Source: Candidatus Saccharibacteria bacterium QS_5_54_17
GTDB lineage: Bacteria > Patescibacteriota > Saccharimonadia > QS-5-54-17
NCBI GenBank assembly: GCA_003022365.1
Contig: PXOU01000007.1
Location: forward strand, 227-64,226
DNA length: 64,000 nt
Reading direction: 5' to 3'
The position numbers and the translations under genes are program-made. This document shows positions 18,086-27,015 of this stretch, in pieces. Position 1 is the stretch's first letter. Each line of letters starts with the position of its first letter. The notes beneath the pieces are model-generated. The model made no database searches, was not told the DNA's origin, and worked only from the letters and a program-made list of their open reading frames with translations.

Positions 18086-18343
18086 TCAGCCGATCGATAT
18101 CTTGATGTCGACAACCTCCATGTCACTGAACTTATCCAGAAGTTCTTCCCGGCGTAAGCGGAGATCGTTGGCCACGGCCGAGCTGGGCGTTTCTACGGTC
18201 AGCACCTGGCGCTGGAGCCGCCGGGCGCGGACTTTCCCTGGGTAGAGATTGCTCAACAACTCCTGGATGTTGGCCAGCTGCTCCTCACGAGCCATATCAA
18301 GTGAGTCGACCCGGTCCCGCATAATGTCATCAATTGAGCGCAT
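18086..18343 (-). CDS. DUF721-family small protein (DciA-like / RNA-binding), the conserved neighbour of recF.
   Basis: It is positioned immediately downstream of recF in the canonical dnaA-dnaN-recF-DUF721 arrangement. QVLTVETPSSAVANDLRLRREELLDKF is a DUF721-like segment. Confidence 0.55.
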   Translation of the reverse strand: MRSIDDIMRDRVDSLDMAREEQLANIQELLSNLYPGKVRARRLQRQVLTVETPSSAVANDLRLRREELLDKFSDMEVVDIKISIG

Positions 18344-18355
18344 ACCCCGTCCTGA

Positions 18356-19390
18356 TTACAACTCAATGGTAGCACAACCGGTTTCTAGTTGCTGTGGCGG
18401 ATGGGTAGCCGTGATGATGGTTTGGGTGTCGTGTAGGTGTTCCAGCAAGGCCGCTTGGCGCCGCTCATCCAATTCACTGAACACGTCATCCAAAAGCAAC
18501 AGCGGCTCGGACCGGGCATACTCGCGGATATAGGAGAGCTCCCCCAGCATGAGCGCCACCGTGGCCGTCCGCACTTCGCCCCGGGATCCGACTTCGGCCA
18601 GCGGCCGGGAATTATGCGTTACGTTTATGTCGTCCCGATGCGGACCATGGCCGGTGGTGCCATATCTAAAATCGGGTTGAATGGAGGCGGCCAGCTGCCG
18701 TAATAACTCATCGGGATAGTTTTTATTGCTGGTTTTGGAGGCGTAGGTGAATTGGATCTGGTTTTGGTCACCGGTGATATCCCGGTATATAGCCGGCACG
18801 GATTGATTGAAAAACGCCACTAAATCTTCCCGGCATCGGCGGATGTAGGCGGCTTGCTCCACCAGTAATACGTCCCACCCAAAGACCTGGTCTTTACTCG
18901 CCTCTCCCCGGCGTAAAAGACTATTCCGCTGTTTTAATATCCGCCGGAACCGTAAGAGGGAGGTGAGGTATTGGCTGTCGCTAAAGCAGAGAATCCGGTC
19001 CATAAGGTGCCGGCGATAGGATGGGGAGCCGTATATCAACTGTAAGCCGCCCGGTTCGAATAAAACGACCGGTAAATAGCCGATAAAATCCCGGGGCTTG
19101 ACTTGCTCACCCTGGCAGTATAACTGTTTCTGCTTCTGCTTCCAGGTGACCGCCAATTCATTCTTATCCGACGTCCAGGCGCTGACACGGAACCATTGCT
19201 CCCCGTCGCGGGCCATACTGGCCGGCGAACCGCGAAAACTCCGACTCATTCCCAACAGGTAGATAGCTTCCAGTATGTTGGTTTTGCCGCTCCCGTTGGG
19301 ACCGGTGATAACCGTCTTGCCGGCATCAAAACTAAACGCACGGTCTGGGTAGGAACGGAAATTGGTTAGTTGAAGCGTAGAAAGCGGCAT
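18356..19390 (-). CDS. recF: DNA replication and repair protein RecF.
   Basis: Walker A GPNGSGKTNILEAIY at the N-terminus. The Walker B/D-loop region LLLDDVFSELD at the C-terminus. Synteny with dnaN. Confidence 0.9.
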   Translation of the reverse strand: MPLSTLQLTNFRSYPDRAFSFDAGKTVITGPNGSGKTNILEAIYLLGMSRSFRGSPASMARDGEQWFRVSAWTSDKNELAVTWKQKQKQLYCQGEQVKPRDFIGYLPVVLFEPGGLQLIYGSPSYRRHLMDRILCFSDSQYLTSLLRFRRILKQRNSLLRRGEASKDQVFGWDVLLVEQAAYIRRCREDLVAFFNQSVPAIYRDITGDQNQIQFTYASKTSNKNYPDELLRQLAASIQPDFRYGTTGHGPHRDDINVTHNSRPLAEVGSRGEVRTATVALMLGELSYIREYARSEPLLLLDDVFSELDERRQAALLEHLHDTQTIITATHPPQQLETGCATIEL

Positions 19391-19589
19391 ACGGTTAACG
19401 GGGAGTAGTTTTGCTTATTTTGTTGTGTAATCTGTTAGGTAATATCTCGATCAATAAAAGCGTCATTTTTATCATGGGTAGCATCATTCAGCAGCCTACA
19501 GGACTCCTTTATGTGTCGTATATGTGGATATATCCGGGCTGGCAGTATTTTCGCCCGGCCTAAAACCCTTCAATCGCGCGAAAAAACGG

Positions 19590-20675
19590 TTAGGAGCGGA
19601 GCGGCATGACGATGTGTAAGTAGGAATCATCGTCCACCGGCTGGATCAGGCACGGATTGACTTTGCCGGTTAAACTGATGTCAACTTGGTCGGTATCGAT
19701 CACGCTCAAGGCGTCGGCGATATATTTACCGTTGAGGGCTACTTCCATATCTTCACCGGAAACCTCGCCGGAAATCTCCGAGCTGTTTTCACCGACTTGG
19801 CTGGCGACCGATTCCATATACAGACTGTCACGGGCTATTTTGACTGTCACGCTTCCGGTGGTTTCCCGTGCGAACAAGGTGGCCGCTTTGGTAATATCCT
19901 GGAGCTCGCCGGTGTTCACCCGGGCGGTGGTGGGAACCTCCTGGGGTATAAGTTGCCGGTAATCAGGGAATTCGCCGTCGATGATCCGGGAAACCAACTC
20001 CGTTTCATTGAACCCGAAGCTGATTTGATTGTCATCGATTTTCACTGTGACATCTTCACCCTCACCTAAAAGCCGCAACACTTCCGACACGGTGCGGGCG
20101 GGCACCACCACGTTACACTCAGCATCGGTCTCCATGATTTGCTTTTCCGCCAACCGGTAGCTGTCGGTGGCCACCGCGTACAGCATGCCGTCTCTGGTAT
20201 GCAGATAGACACCCGTTAAAACCGGCCGGCTATCATCCCCGGAAGTGACATGCACCACCTGGCTTAAGGCGTTTTTAAGCGTTTTGGCTGCCACTTGAAA
20301 TTCTACGTTACCCGAAACGGAGGGAATCGAAGGAAACTCTTCGGCGCTGATACCGTTGATTTTAGAGGAAAACCCGTTACTGTCTATGTGCACCGTGTCT
20401 TTCTCGCAAGTCAAGGAAACGTTTCCGGCCGGAAGATTGTGCACGTATTCGGAAAACAACTTGGCCGGAATAGTAACAGCTCCATCTTCTTCTACTTTAC
20501 CGCCGATCCAGTGAGTTATGCCCATTTCAAGATTAGTAGCTGAGAGCTGGATCCGGTTGTCTTTGGTTTGGAGTAATACATTAGCCAATACCGGCAAGGT
20601 ATTCCGATTGCCGATGATGCGGGAAACGGTGCTAAGTCCGTGGTTAAGATTTTCCTGGGTGATACTGAGCTTCAT
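19590..20675 (-). CDS. dnaN: DNA polymerase III beta sliding clamp DnaN.
   Basis: The N-terminus MKLSITQENLNHGLSTVSRIIGNRNTLPVLANVLL is typical of DnaN. It is about 360 aa in three domains, in synteny between dnaA and recF. Confidence 0.9.
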   Translation of the reverse strand: MKLSITQENLNHGLSTVSRIIGNRNTLPVLANVLLQTKDNRIQLSATNLEMGITHWIGGKVEEDGAVTIPAKLFSEYVHNLPAGNVSLTCEKDTVHIDSNGFSSKINGISAEEFPSIPSVSGNVEFQVAAKTLKNALSQVVHVTSGDDSRPVLTGVYLHTRDGMLYAVATDSYRLAEKQIMETDAECNVVVPARTVSEVLRLLGEGEDVTVKIDDNQISFGFNETELVSRIIDGEFPDYRQLIPQEVPTTARVNTGELQDITKAATLFARETTGSVTVKIARDSLYMESVASQVGENSSEISGEVSGEDMEVALNGKYIADALSVIDTDQVDISLTGKVNPCLIQPVDDDSYLHIVMPLRS

Positions 20676-21017
20676 AATTCATAATCCTTTTATTTACATG
20701 GTTATTATTGCGGTCGTGGAATCTGTGGATAATCGTAATATATTCCTTTTCCAAGCAAAAACAGAACTATTTTCGAAGTGGAGAAATAGCGGAAAAACTT
20801 TGGATAGAGGTGGCGTGTGTTTGCCACAACAGCGACACGACTACCGGAGTTATAAGCGGTGAAATACATCCACCACCTATACACAACCGTTCCCGCCTTT
20901 TCCACATTATTTCCATACCTTTTCCCGAAGGTTTTTAATGTTTGAGGAGCCATAAAACCGGTGTCTCCCGTCACCTGAACACTACCATGAAACAGTTTTG
21001 GGAAAATGAGCCGAGTT
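20676..21017. promoter_or_regulatory. dnaA-dnaN intergenic region with a perfect DnaA box (TGTGGATAA at 20724-20732), weaker box-like sites and AT-rich stretches. It is a probable second origin module or DUE.
   Basis: The consensus TTATCCACA occurs on the complementary strand. The region is AT-rich between the two replication genes. Confidence 0.5.
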
Positions 21018-22391
21018 TCAGGCATACAGCTGCTCTTTGACTTGCTGAACGGTTTGGCGCATGGAGGCATCCTCGGCTATACTCTGTTCGATTTTGCTCA
21101 CCGAATGAATGGCGGTGGTGTGATCTTTCCGGCCGACCGCTTTGGCCACGGCGGGGAAGCTTAAATGGAGTTCGTTCCGGAGGAGATACATACTGATTTG
21201 GCGTGGCTGGGAGACGGTTTTCTCTCTCCGGGCGCTCATAATTTCATGGGGGGTAACATTGAAATACCGAGCCGTTTTTTCCACGATCTGTTTCTGGGTC
21301 AGCCGGTGCCGCTTGGATTGGCTACTGCCCAGCACCTGTTCCACAACCGGAATTGATGGGGTCTGTCCGCTCATCTCACAGTGGGCGAGTACTTTCGTTA
21401 AGGCGCCTTCCAGCTCACGGATGTTGGACCGGATGTGGGTGGCCAGGTACTCGCTGACATCACCGGGAATATTGGTCTGGTGTTGGTGAGCTTTACTCTG
21501 GATGATGGCCATTCTGGTTTCCAGGTCGGGCGGCTGGATATCGGCGGTCATACCCCATTCGAACCGGCTCCGTAACCGCTCTTCCAGGGTGGGGATAGAA
21601 TTGGGCGGCTGATCGCTGGAGATTATGATCTGTTTATTAGCCTGGTGCAGGGCGTTAAAGGTGTGGAAAAACTCCTCTTCGGTTTTTTCTTTTCCGGCAA
21701 TGAACTGCATGTCGTCCACAATCAGTACGTCGGCACTCCGGTATTTATCGGAAAAGGTTTTCTTCTGCAGCGTGCTGGCGATGAATTCTTTGGTAAAGCG
21801 CTCACTGGTAATGCATTCGATGCAAATGTCGGGATTTTTCCGGAACATTTCGTTGCCGATGGCTTGGATGAGGTGGGTTTTTCCCAGCCCCACTCCGCTG
21901 TATATAAACAACGGATTATACTTTTCGCCCGGATTTTTGACGATCGCCTGGGAGGCAGCATAAGCCAATTCGTTGCCGGCACCGACCACGAAGTTGTCAA
22001 AGGTGTATTTGGAGTTCAGGTTGGAGGTATTGGATCGGGATTTGGGTTTAACGCTCCAGTCGGTTTGCCGCTGCTGACCGGTTTGACGTTTCTGAGTGGT
22101 TTCTACCGGCGCGGGCTCGTTTGTTCTCCCGTCTTTTTGCAGCTGGGTTTCCTGGTGGATGGTAAAGGTTATCTTCTCCGGCTGTAGGCCGTTTTTGTGC
22201 AAGGTTTGCTCCAGAAGCGACTGGTATTTTTCCTCCAACTGCCGCTTGGTAAACACATTGGGTACGCCGATTACCACTTCCTGGCCATCACTTTTGACAA
22301 GTGTGGTGTTCTTAAACCATGTCGCGAAGCTGGCACGGGGAATCGTAACTTCAATTTCTCCCAGCACTGCCTGCCACAACGGGCTCGCCAA
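21018..22391 (-). CDS. dnaA: Chromosomal replication initiator DnaA (TTG start).
   Basis: AAA+ Walker A GVGLGKTHLIQAIGNE. Box VII/sensor motifs. A C-terminal HTH (HTTAIHSVSKIE). The start is TTG preceded by GAGGGAGG. Confidence 0.95.
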   Translation of the reverse strand: MASPLWQAVLGEIEVTIPRASFATWFKNTTLVKSDGQEVVIGVPNVFTKRQLEEKYQSLLEQTLHKNGLQPEKITFTIHQETQLQKDGRTNEPAPVETTQKRQTGQQRQTDWSVKPKSRSNTSNLNSKYTFDNFVVGAGNELAYAASQAIVKNPGEKYNPLFIYSGVGLGKTHLIQAIGNEMFRKNPDICIECITSERFTKEFIASTLQKKTFSDKYRSADVLIVDDMQFIAGKEKTEEEFFHTFNALHQANKQIIISSDQPPNSIPTLEERLRSRFEWGMTADIQPPDLETRMAIIQSKAHQHQTNIPGDVSEYLATHIRSNIRELEGALTKVLAHCEMSGQTPSIPVVEQVLGSSQSKRHRLTQKQIVEKTARYFNVTPHEIMSARREKTVSQPRQISMYLLRNELHLSFPAVAKAVGRKDHTTAIHSVSKIEQSIAEDASMRQTVQQVKEQLYA

Positions 22392-22731
22392 TGGTAACCT
22401 CCCTCACGCGCTTTGCTTAACTCTCTTTTTAGGCGTGTACCTATAAACTATATTAACCCAGGCGCTTGCATTTCCACAAATCCCGCGCATAAATCACCCC
22501 AAAACGGCTCAAGTTTTCCACAAGCAGCATTTAACACCGGCAAGCTTGTGGATAAATGCTTGTTAGATGTGTATAAAAACGATATTATGCAACTAGAAAG
22601 CAGCCTATATATACCCTGTTTGAGCACCGGTAATCCGTGTCAAGTTTGCCGGGAAGAATTAGGCAAGCGGCTAGAGCGGGTGTGTTACGATGCACGGGTA
22701 GCCAAAACAGGTTAGCATAAGGAGTTCCAGC
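22392..22731. promoter_or_regulatory. oriC-type region with DnaA boxes (TTTCCACAA at 22471-22479, TTTTCCACA at 22514-22522, and a perfect TGTGGATAA at 22547-22555) plus the rpmH and dnaA promoters.
   Basis: DnaA-box consensus matches on both strands in the divergent rpmH/dnaA intergenic region. Confidence 0.6.
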
Positions 22732-22869
22732 TATGTCCAAACGGACCTATCAACCCAAGAAACGGCAACGGGCGCGGGAGCATGGGTTCTTCAAGCGCAT
22801 GAGCAGCCAAGCGGGGCGGAATGTCCTCAAACGCCGCCGGCAAAAGGGACGGAAGCGCCTCAGCCATTA
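22732..22869 (+). CDS. rpmH: 50S ribosomal protein L34.
   Basis: Translates to [45 protein letters not shown]. It is below the 60-aa ORF-track cutoff. An AGGAG SD precedes it. Confidence 0.9.
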
Positions 22870-22903
22870 AGGCTTTCATGAGGTGATCCCTTAGGCTTTT
22901 TAT

Positions 22904-23248
22904 ATGCTCAAGCAGCCCAACCGGCTCCGCCGACAAAAAGATTTCGCCCGGGTATTCAAGCACGGGGACACCGTCCATATGCCGGCCTTTACCGTCAAAT
23001 ACCACGCCAACCACCACCCTTCGCGTACCCGGGTGGCGGTGGTGATCAGCAGCAAAGTAGCCAAACGGGCGGTTATCCGCAATCGGACCCGCCGCCGGTT
23101 CTACGGACAGGTCCAGCTTTTGTGGCCGCGGATACGGCCCGGCATGGACGTCGTCATCCTGCTTCGGCGCCAAGCCACTGATCTGCGCGGCGCCCAACTC
23201 GCCGAGCAGTTGCGGAGTTGTTTTCACAAGGCAGGCATTCTACACTAA
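22904..23248 (+). CDS. rnpA: Ribonuclease P protein component.
   Basis: A basic 114-aa protein (RLRRQKDFARVFKHG...AKRAVIRNRTRRR) in the canonical rpmH-rnpA arrangement. Confidence 0.85.
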   Translation: MLKQPNRLRRQKDFARVFKHGDTVHMPAFTVKYHANHHPSRTRVAVVISSKVAKRAVIRNRTRRRFYGQVQLLWPRIRPGMDVVILLRRQATDLRGAQLAEQLRSCFHKAGILH

Positions 23249-23263
23249 CGGGAGAGGTAACCC

Positions 23264-24217
23264 ATGATAGACACCATTATTCTGGAACCGCTACTGAACC
23301 TGTTGTTGTTTTTGTACGCCGTTATTCCGGGCGGATTCGGGGTGGCGATTATCGCTATGACGATCGTGATCCGGTTGGCGACCTGGCCGTTAATGAAGAA
23401 GCAGGTCCACAAGCAAGAGGAAATGAAAGAGCTCCAGAAAAAGCAGCAGGAGCTCAAACCCAGGATCGACAAGATCAAAAAACAGGCCAAGGGGGATAAG
23501 CAAAAGGAAGCCCGGATGCTGTCGGAACTTTATCGGGAGCAGGGGATCAACCCCATGGCCATGCTCGGCAGTATGGGGCCCATGCTGTTGCAACTGCCCA
23601 TATTGATCGCGCTGGTGGAAGTATTCCGGGATATGATCACCGTGGAGCAGATCAAAACCTCCGCCTACTCCTTCGTCAATTCTTTGCCGGCCATCCAGGA
23701 TATTCTAGCCCAGCCGGACGCGTTCGACCCGATGTTATTGGGATTCTTCCGTCTGTCCGAAACCAGTTTGATACTGGCCGCGGTGGCCGGTGTCACCACC
23801 TATGTCACGGCCAGGCAAATGTCCGCCCTCAAATCCGGCCAATCGGATTCGGGCAAAACGAGCGGTGCCGGCTTGCTCATGAAAGTCATGCCGATCGCCG
23901 TATTCGGCATCAGCGCTACGTTCCCCGCGGCATTGCCGTTGTACATCGCCACCATGAGTTTGGTGGCCACCTTCCAACAACACATCATCCTCAAAGAGGA
24001 AGAGAACGTCATCAAGCAATTCATGAACCGCCGGAGAGGGGGTGAGGCCTCCTCTGAGGTGTCATCTCCGGAGCAAACATCCAGTTCCCCGGGCGAAAAC
24101 AAGAGCAAGAACAAGACCCAAGAAGGCTCGAAGAAGCCTCAACAGTCTTCCGAGAAGGCGGCTTCCGGGCAGCAGGCTGCTTCAGGTAAACTCCAGGCTA
24201 AAACCAAGAAGGGATGA
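23264..24217 (+). CDS. yidC: Membrane protein insertase YidC/Oxa1 (short Gram-positive/CPR type) with a K/S/Q-rich basic C-terminal tail.
   Basis: Five TM segments and a conserved YidC core (WPLMKKQ...MQ...P). Synteny after rnpA. Confidence 0.85.
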   Translation: MIDTIILEPLLNLLLFLYAVIPGGFGVAIIAMTIVIRLATWPLMKKQVHKQEEMKELQKKQQELKPRIDKIKKQAKGDKQKEARMLSELYREQGINPMAMLGSMGPMLLQLPILIALVEVFRDMITVEQIKTSAYSFVNSLPAIQDILAQPDAFDPMLLGFFRLSETSLILAAVAGVTTYVTARQMSALKSGQSDSGKTSGAGLLMKVMPIAVFGISATFPAALPLYIATMSLVATFQQHIILKEEENVIKQFMNRRRGGEASSEVSSPEQTSSSPGENKSKNKTQEGSKKPQQSSEKAASGQQAASGKLQAKTKKG

Positions 24218-24220
24218 GAT

Positions 24221-24685
24221 ATGGACGCACGGCAATTCGCGACCGATTTTCTGGAAAATCTGGTTACCTTCTTCGGAGTTAACGTGATCGTGGAATCCCA
24301 GGAAGACGAAGATGAGGGCGTCATCCGATTGAACGTCCCCTCCACGCACCTCAATGGCTTTTTTATCGGCCAAAACGGGGACACGCTCCGTTCCTTCCAA
24401 AATCTGACCAATATGGCGCTGAAAAGCAACGGCTACCAAGACACCTCCGCCACCGTCGATGTTGCCGGGTATAAAAAACAACAGGACCAGCGCCTCCAGC
24501 GGCACGTACAGAAAGTAGCCCAGGACGTGAAAACCAACGGGGAGGATCACTCGCTCCGGCCCATGAACGCCTACGAACGCCGCGTCGTACACCGGGCGCT
24601 GGCCGACATTGACGGCGTGGAGAGCGAAAGCACCGGGGAAGGCCGCGCTCGCCAAGTGGTCATCAAAAAGAGCGAATCCCCCTAA
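24221..24685 (+). CDS. jag: Jag/KhpB-like R3H-domain RNA-binding protein.
   Basis: The R3H motif ERRVVHRALADIDGVESESTGEGRARQVVIKK. It lies in the conserved position after yidC. Confidence 0.8.
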   Translation: MDARQFATDFLENLVTFFGVNVIVESQEDEDEGVIRLNVPSTHLNGFFIGQNGDTLRSFQNLTNMALKSNGYQDTSATVDVAGYKKQQDQRLQRHVQKVAQDVKTNGEDHSLRPMNAYERRVVHRALADIDGVESESTGEGRARQVVIKKSESP

Positions 24686-25060
24686 TATTCCTGAAACCGA
24701 TTCTGAAACTAATCCTGAAACTAATCCTGAAACTGATCCTGAAATAAATTCAGGATGACGTCTTCAGGATGACAGGAACAAGAGCAGGAAGTAAGAAGCA
24801 AGAAGCAAGCGGGGGTCAGTAGACAGGAGACGGTAGACAGGGAACAAAAAACAAAAAGCAGGAAGTAAAGAGGAAGGAGTAAGTTTCGAAATCGGCTCTG
24901 AAATAGATCCTGAAATAAATTCAGGATGACAGTTCTTTTTCGTCACCCTCTCTGTCATTCCGGCCCCTGAGCCGGAATTCAGGCAGCTTTTTATAGATTA
25001 CCTACTGAGGCTTATTACAAAAACTGACGATCGTCAGTAAATGTGATAGCTACGTAAGGA
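24686..25060. repeat. Composite repeat block R5. It has about five tandem ~11-bp units (t)tcctgaaacta, then hairpin modules, a purine-rich arm (ggaagtaagaagcaagaagcaagcgggggtcagtagacaggagacggtagacagg) and tgtcattccggcccctgagccggaat. It ends with the cttattacaaaaactgacgatcgtcagtaaatgtgatagctac module (palindrome at 25024-25037).
   Basis: Direct reading of the sequence. ORF 24764-24958 is probably spurious. Confidence 0.8.
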
Positions 25061-25190
25061 AGTGCCCGGGAAGCAGGATGTAGCAGGCAGGACGAAGGAA
25101 CCGGGGTGGAGGAAGAGGGATAATCTCCTGGGTTAGTTAAAGGGAAATTTGGCAACCAGTGTAAACAAAAGTACGCAAAGCCCATATAGT

Positions 25191-25946
25191 CTAGGTGTCT
25201 ATTTCGTTCAACACCGCATTCCTTAGTTTGTTAAGTATTGCCATTGCACATCGTTTGTCGCCGGGACTGAAACTGGTCGATCTGTGTAACAAGCGTTGTT
25301 GCATTTGTCGCATGAACGCCATATCGTCATTGGCTAGCGTGTCCTGGAGCATCTGGAGATTTTGCTGGAGACCCCAGACCGTTTGGTGGTAACGGAGATA
25401 GGTAAGGATTTGCAACATCCGCCGGACTGTTGGAACAAACCACTTAACGGCTTCGAATTTTTCTCGCTGGGATTGTGCTTTGATCTCCTCGTCGAATTTT
25501 TCGGTGATTTTCTCAGTCGCCTCTTTGTTTGATAAATGTTTTTGCATATCAAAATCTTTCAAGCCGCTGACGAACTGCTTGAAGGTTTCGTCCTGATACA
25601 ATACCCCCGCTCCTTTTAGGACGGTGATGTACAAACTCCATGAACCGTTTTCTATGCGCTCCTCCAGCTCCGGGATGGTCAAGTAATACATAAGTGATAT
25701 TCGCGGGTATTTTTGCTCCATCGCGGGCCTGTGTTCCGGATCGGGTTGCCGCCCGAAAAACATCAGTATGTCGTAATCGCTTTCTGTTGGGGCGAAATAC
25801 CCTTCTATGTACGAGCCGTATATCAGAATCGCTCGCAAATTATCCTCCGCGTGGCGTTTCCGCGCGTCCGCCACAAAGTTTCGGAGATATTCATCTGGTG
25901 AAACGCGTGTCGTGTTCATGTATCCACTGCCGGGATATCCGGTCAT
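25191..25946 (-). CDS. Pol-beta-superfamily nucleotidyltransferase, KNTase/ANT(4')-like, with an NTase domain and a C-terminal helical domain. It may modify an antibiotic or small molecule.
   Basis: The motif ILIYGSYIEGYFAPTESDYDIL has the GS...D-x-D NTase signature. Its 251-aa length and two-domain layout resemble kanamycin nucleotidyltransferase. Confidence 0.55.
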   Translation of the reverse strand: MTGYPGSGYMNTTRVSPDEYLRNFVADARKRHAEDNLRAILIYGSYIEGYFAPTESDYDILMFFGRQPDPEHRPAMEQKYPRISLMYYLTIPELEERIENGSWSLYITVLKGAGVLYQDETFKQFVSGLKDFDMQKHLSNKEATEKITEKFDEEIKAQSQREKFEAVKWFVPTVRRMLQILTYLRYHQTVWGLQQNLQMLQDTLANDDMAFMRQMQQRLLHRSTSFSPGDKRCAMAILNKLRNAVLNEIDT

Positions 25947-26953
25947 TTAACGGGAAACTTGGTGGTTATTTTGATCAAGCCGGATTGCGTGGGCGGGGGC
26001 GCTTGATGCAAAAAGCCATCGATGTAACTTGGATCAACGCGCCTGTTGCGTTGTATCCGGTGCCGTTGCGTGAACGCTTTTGGGAGATGAATTATAATCT
26101 TAAACAACAATTTTATCAGAAGAATCAGTTTCAATTTCTTTATGAGTTGCAACATTTTGAAACCGAACACCCCCAACACCCGCCAGCCGTATCCCCAGAA
26201 CAATTTCCCCGGCATGTTTTTCATGAACACCACGGGGAAGTTTTTATACATATGCTGCAACCGGAAATCTCCCAGTTTTTCGCTGGTGGCGCCAATGTGA
26301 TGATAGACGATTGCTTCAGGGGCGTAGCGCAGCCTCCAGCCGGCCAGCCGGGCCCGGAAACTGATATCCACGTCCTCGTAGTAGGCGAAGAACCATTCGT
26401 CGAAAAATCCCACATCGACGAATAAATCAGCTCGATACAAGCTCCCGCCGCCGCTGGCGGCCAGTACTTCGCGGTGCCTGGCGCCATCGTATTGTCCGTG
26501 GTCTGCTTCGCCGCGCCCCCGGGGGAACGGCGTACCCCATATGGAATACTCGTCGCCGGTGCTATCAATGGTTTCCCCGTCATAGGCGAGGATTTTGCCG
26601 GTCACTACCCCGATGTCGCTGGATGCTTCTGCTACTGCAACCAAACGTTCCAACCAGTTTTCTTCTGCCACCGCGTCGTTGTTACACAAAGCTATATAGT
26701 CCGCGCCTTGTTTGAGCGCGTACTCTATTCCCGCGTTTACCCCGCCGGCGAATCCGTAATTATCCTCCAACTGCAGTATATGGGCATGAGGGTAGTAGTC
26801 CTCGATGAGCTGCACTGAGCCGTCCTGGGACCCGTTATCCACCACGATGACTTCCCCGGGGAGCGTCTGACGATGTAGGGAGTCAAGACATTCTCCCAGT
26901 AATTGCTCACCGTTCCAGTTGGGTACTACCACACCAATCTTCATATACCCCAT
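25943..26953 (-). CDS. Family-2 glycosyltransferase (GT-A fold).
   Basis: Motifs VVVPNWNGEQLLGECLDSL...VIVVDNGSQDGS...YIALCNNDAV (DxD). Confidence 0.8.
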   Translation of the reverse strand: MGYMKIGVVVPNWNGEQLLGECLDSLHRQTLPGEVIVVDNGSQDGSVQLIEDYYPHAHILQLEDNYGFAGGVNAGIEYALKQGADYIALCNNDAVAEENWLERLVAVAEASSDIGVVTGKILAYDGETIDSTGDEYSIWGTPFPRGRGEADHGQYDGARHREVLAASGGGSLYRADLFVDVGFFDEWFFAYYEDVDISFRARLAGWRLRYAPEAIVYHHIGATSEKLGDFRLQHMYKNFPVVFMKNMPGKLFWGYGWRVLGVFGFKMLQLIKKLKLILLIKLLFKIIIHLPKAFTQRHRIQRNRRVDPSYIDGFLHQAPPPTQSGLIKITTKFPVK

Positions 26954-27015
26954 GCTCTCCTCAAAAAACTGTTAGAAATGGCGTAAACGATAGTCTATAA
27001 TAAACAGCGTAGTTT

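Noticed and set aside
19391-19589. Possible tRNA or small RNA in the recF-dnaN gap and other short gaps
   Set aside because: I could not fold any convincing cloverleaf, with no T-loop GTTCRA or anticodon-stem pattern recognisable by eye. No rRNA-like segments are present either. tRNAscan or Infernal would be needed to be sure.
20518-21070. ORFs 20518-20862, 20705-21070 and 20708-20938 in the dnaA-dnaN spacer
   Set aside because: The region contains a DnaA box and AT-rich DUE-like sequence typical of origin DNA. The ORFs have no RBS or motifs.
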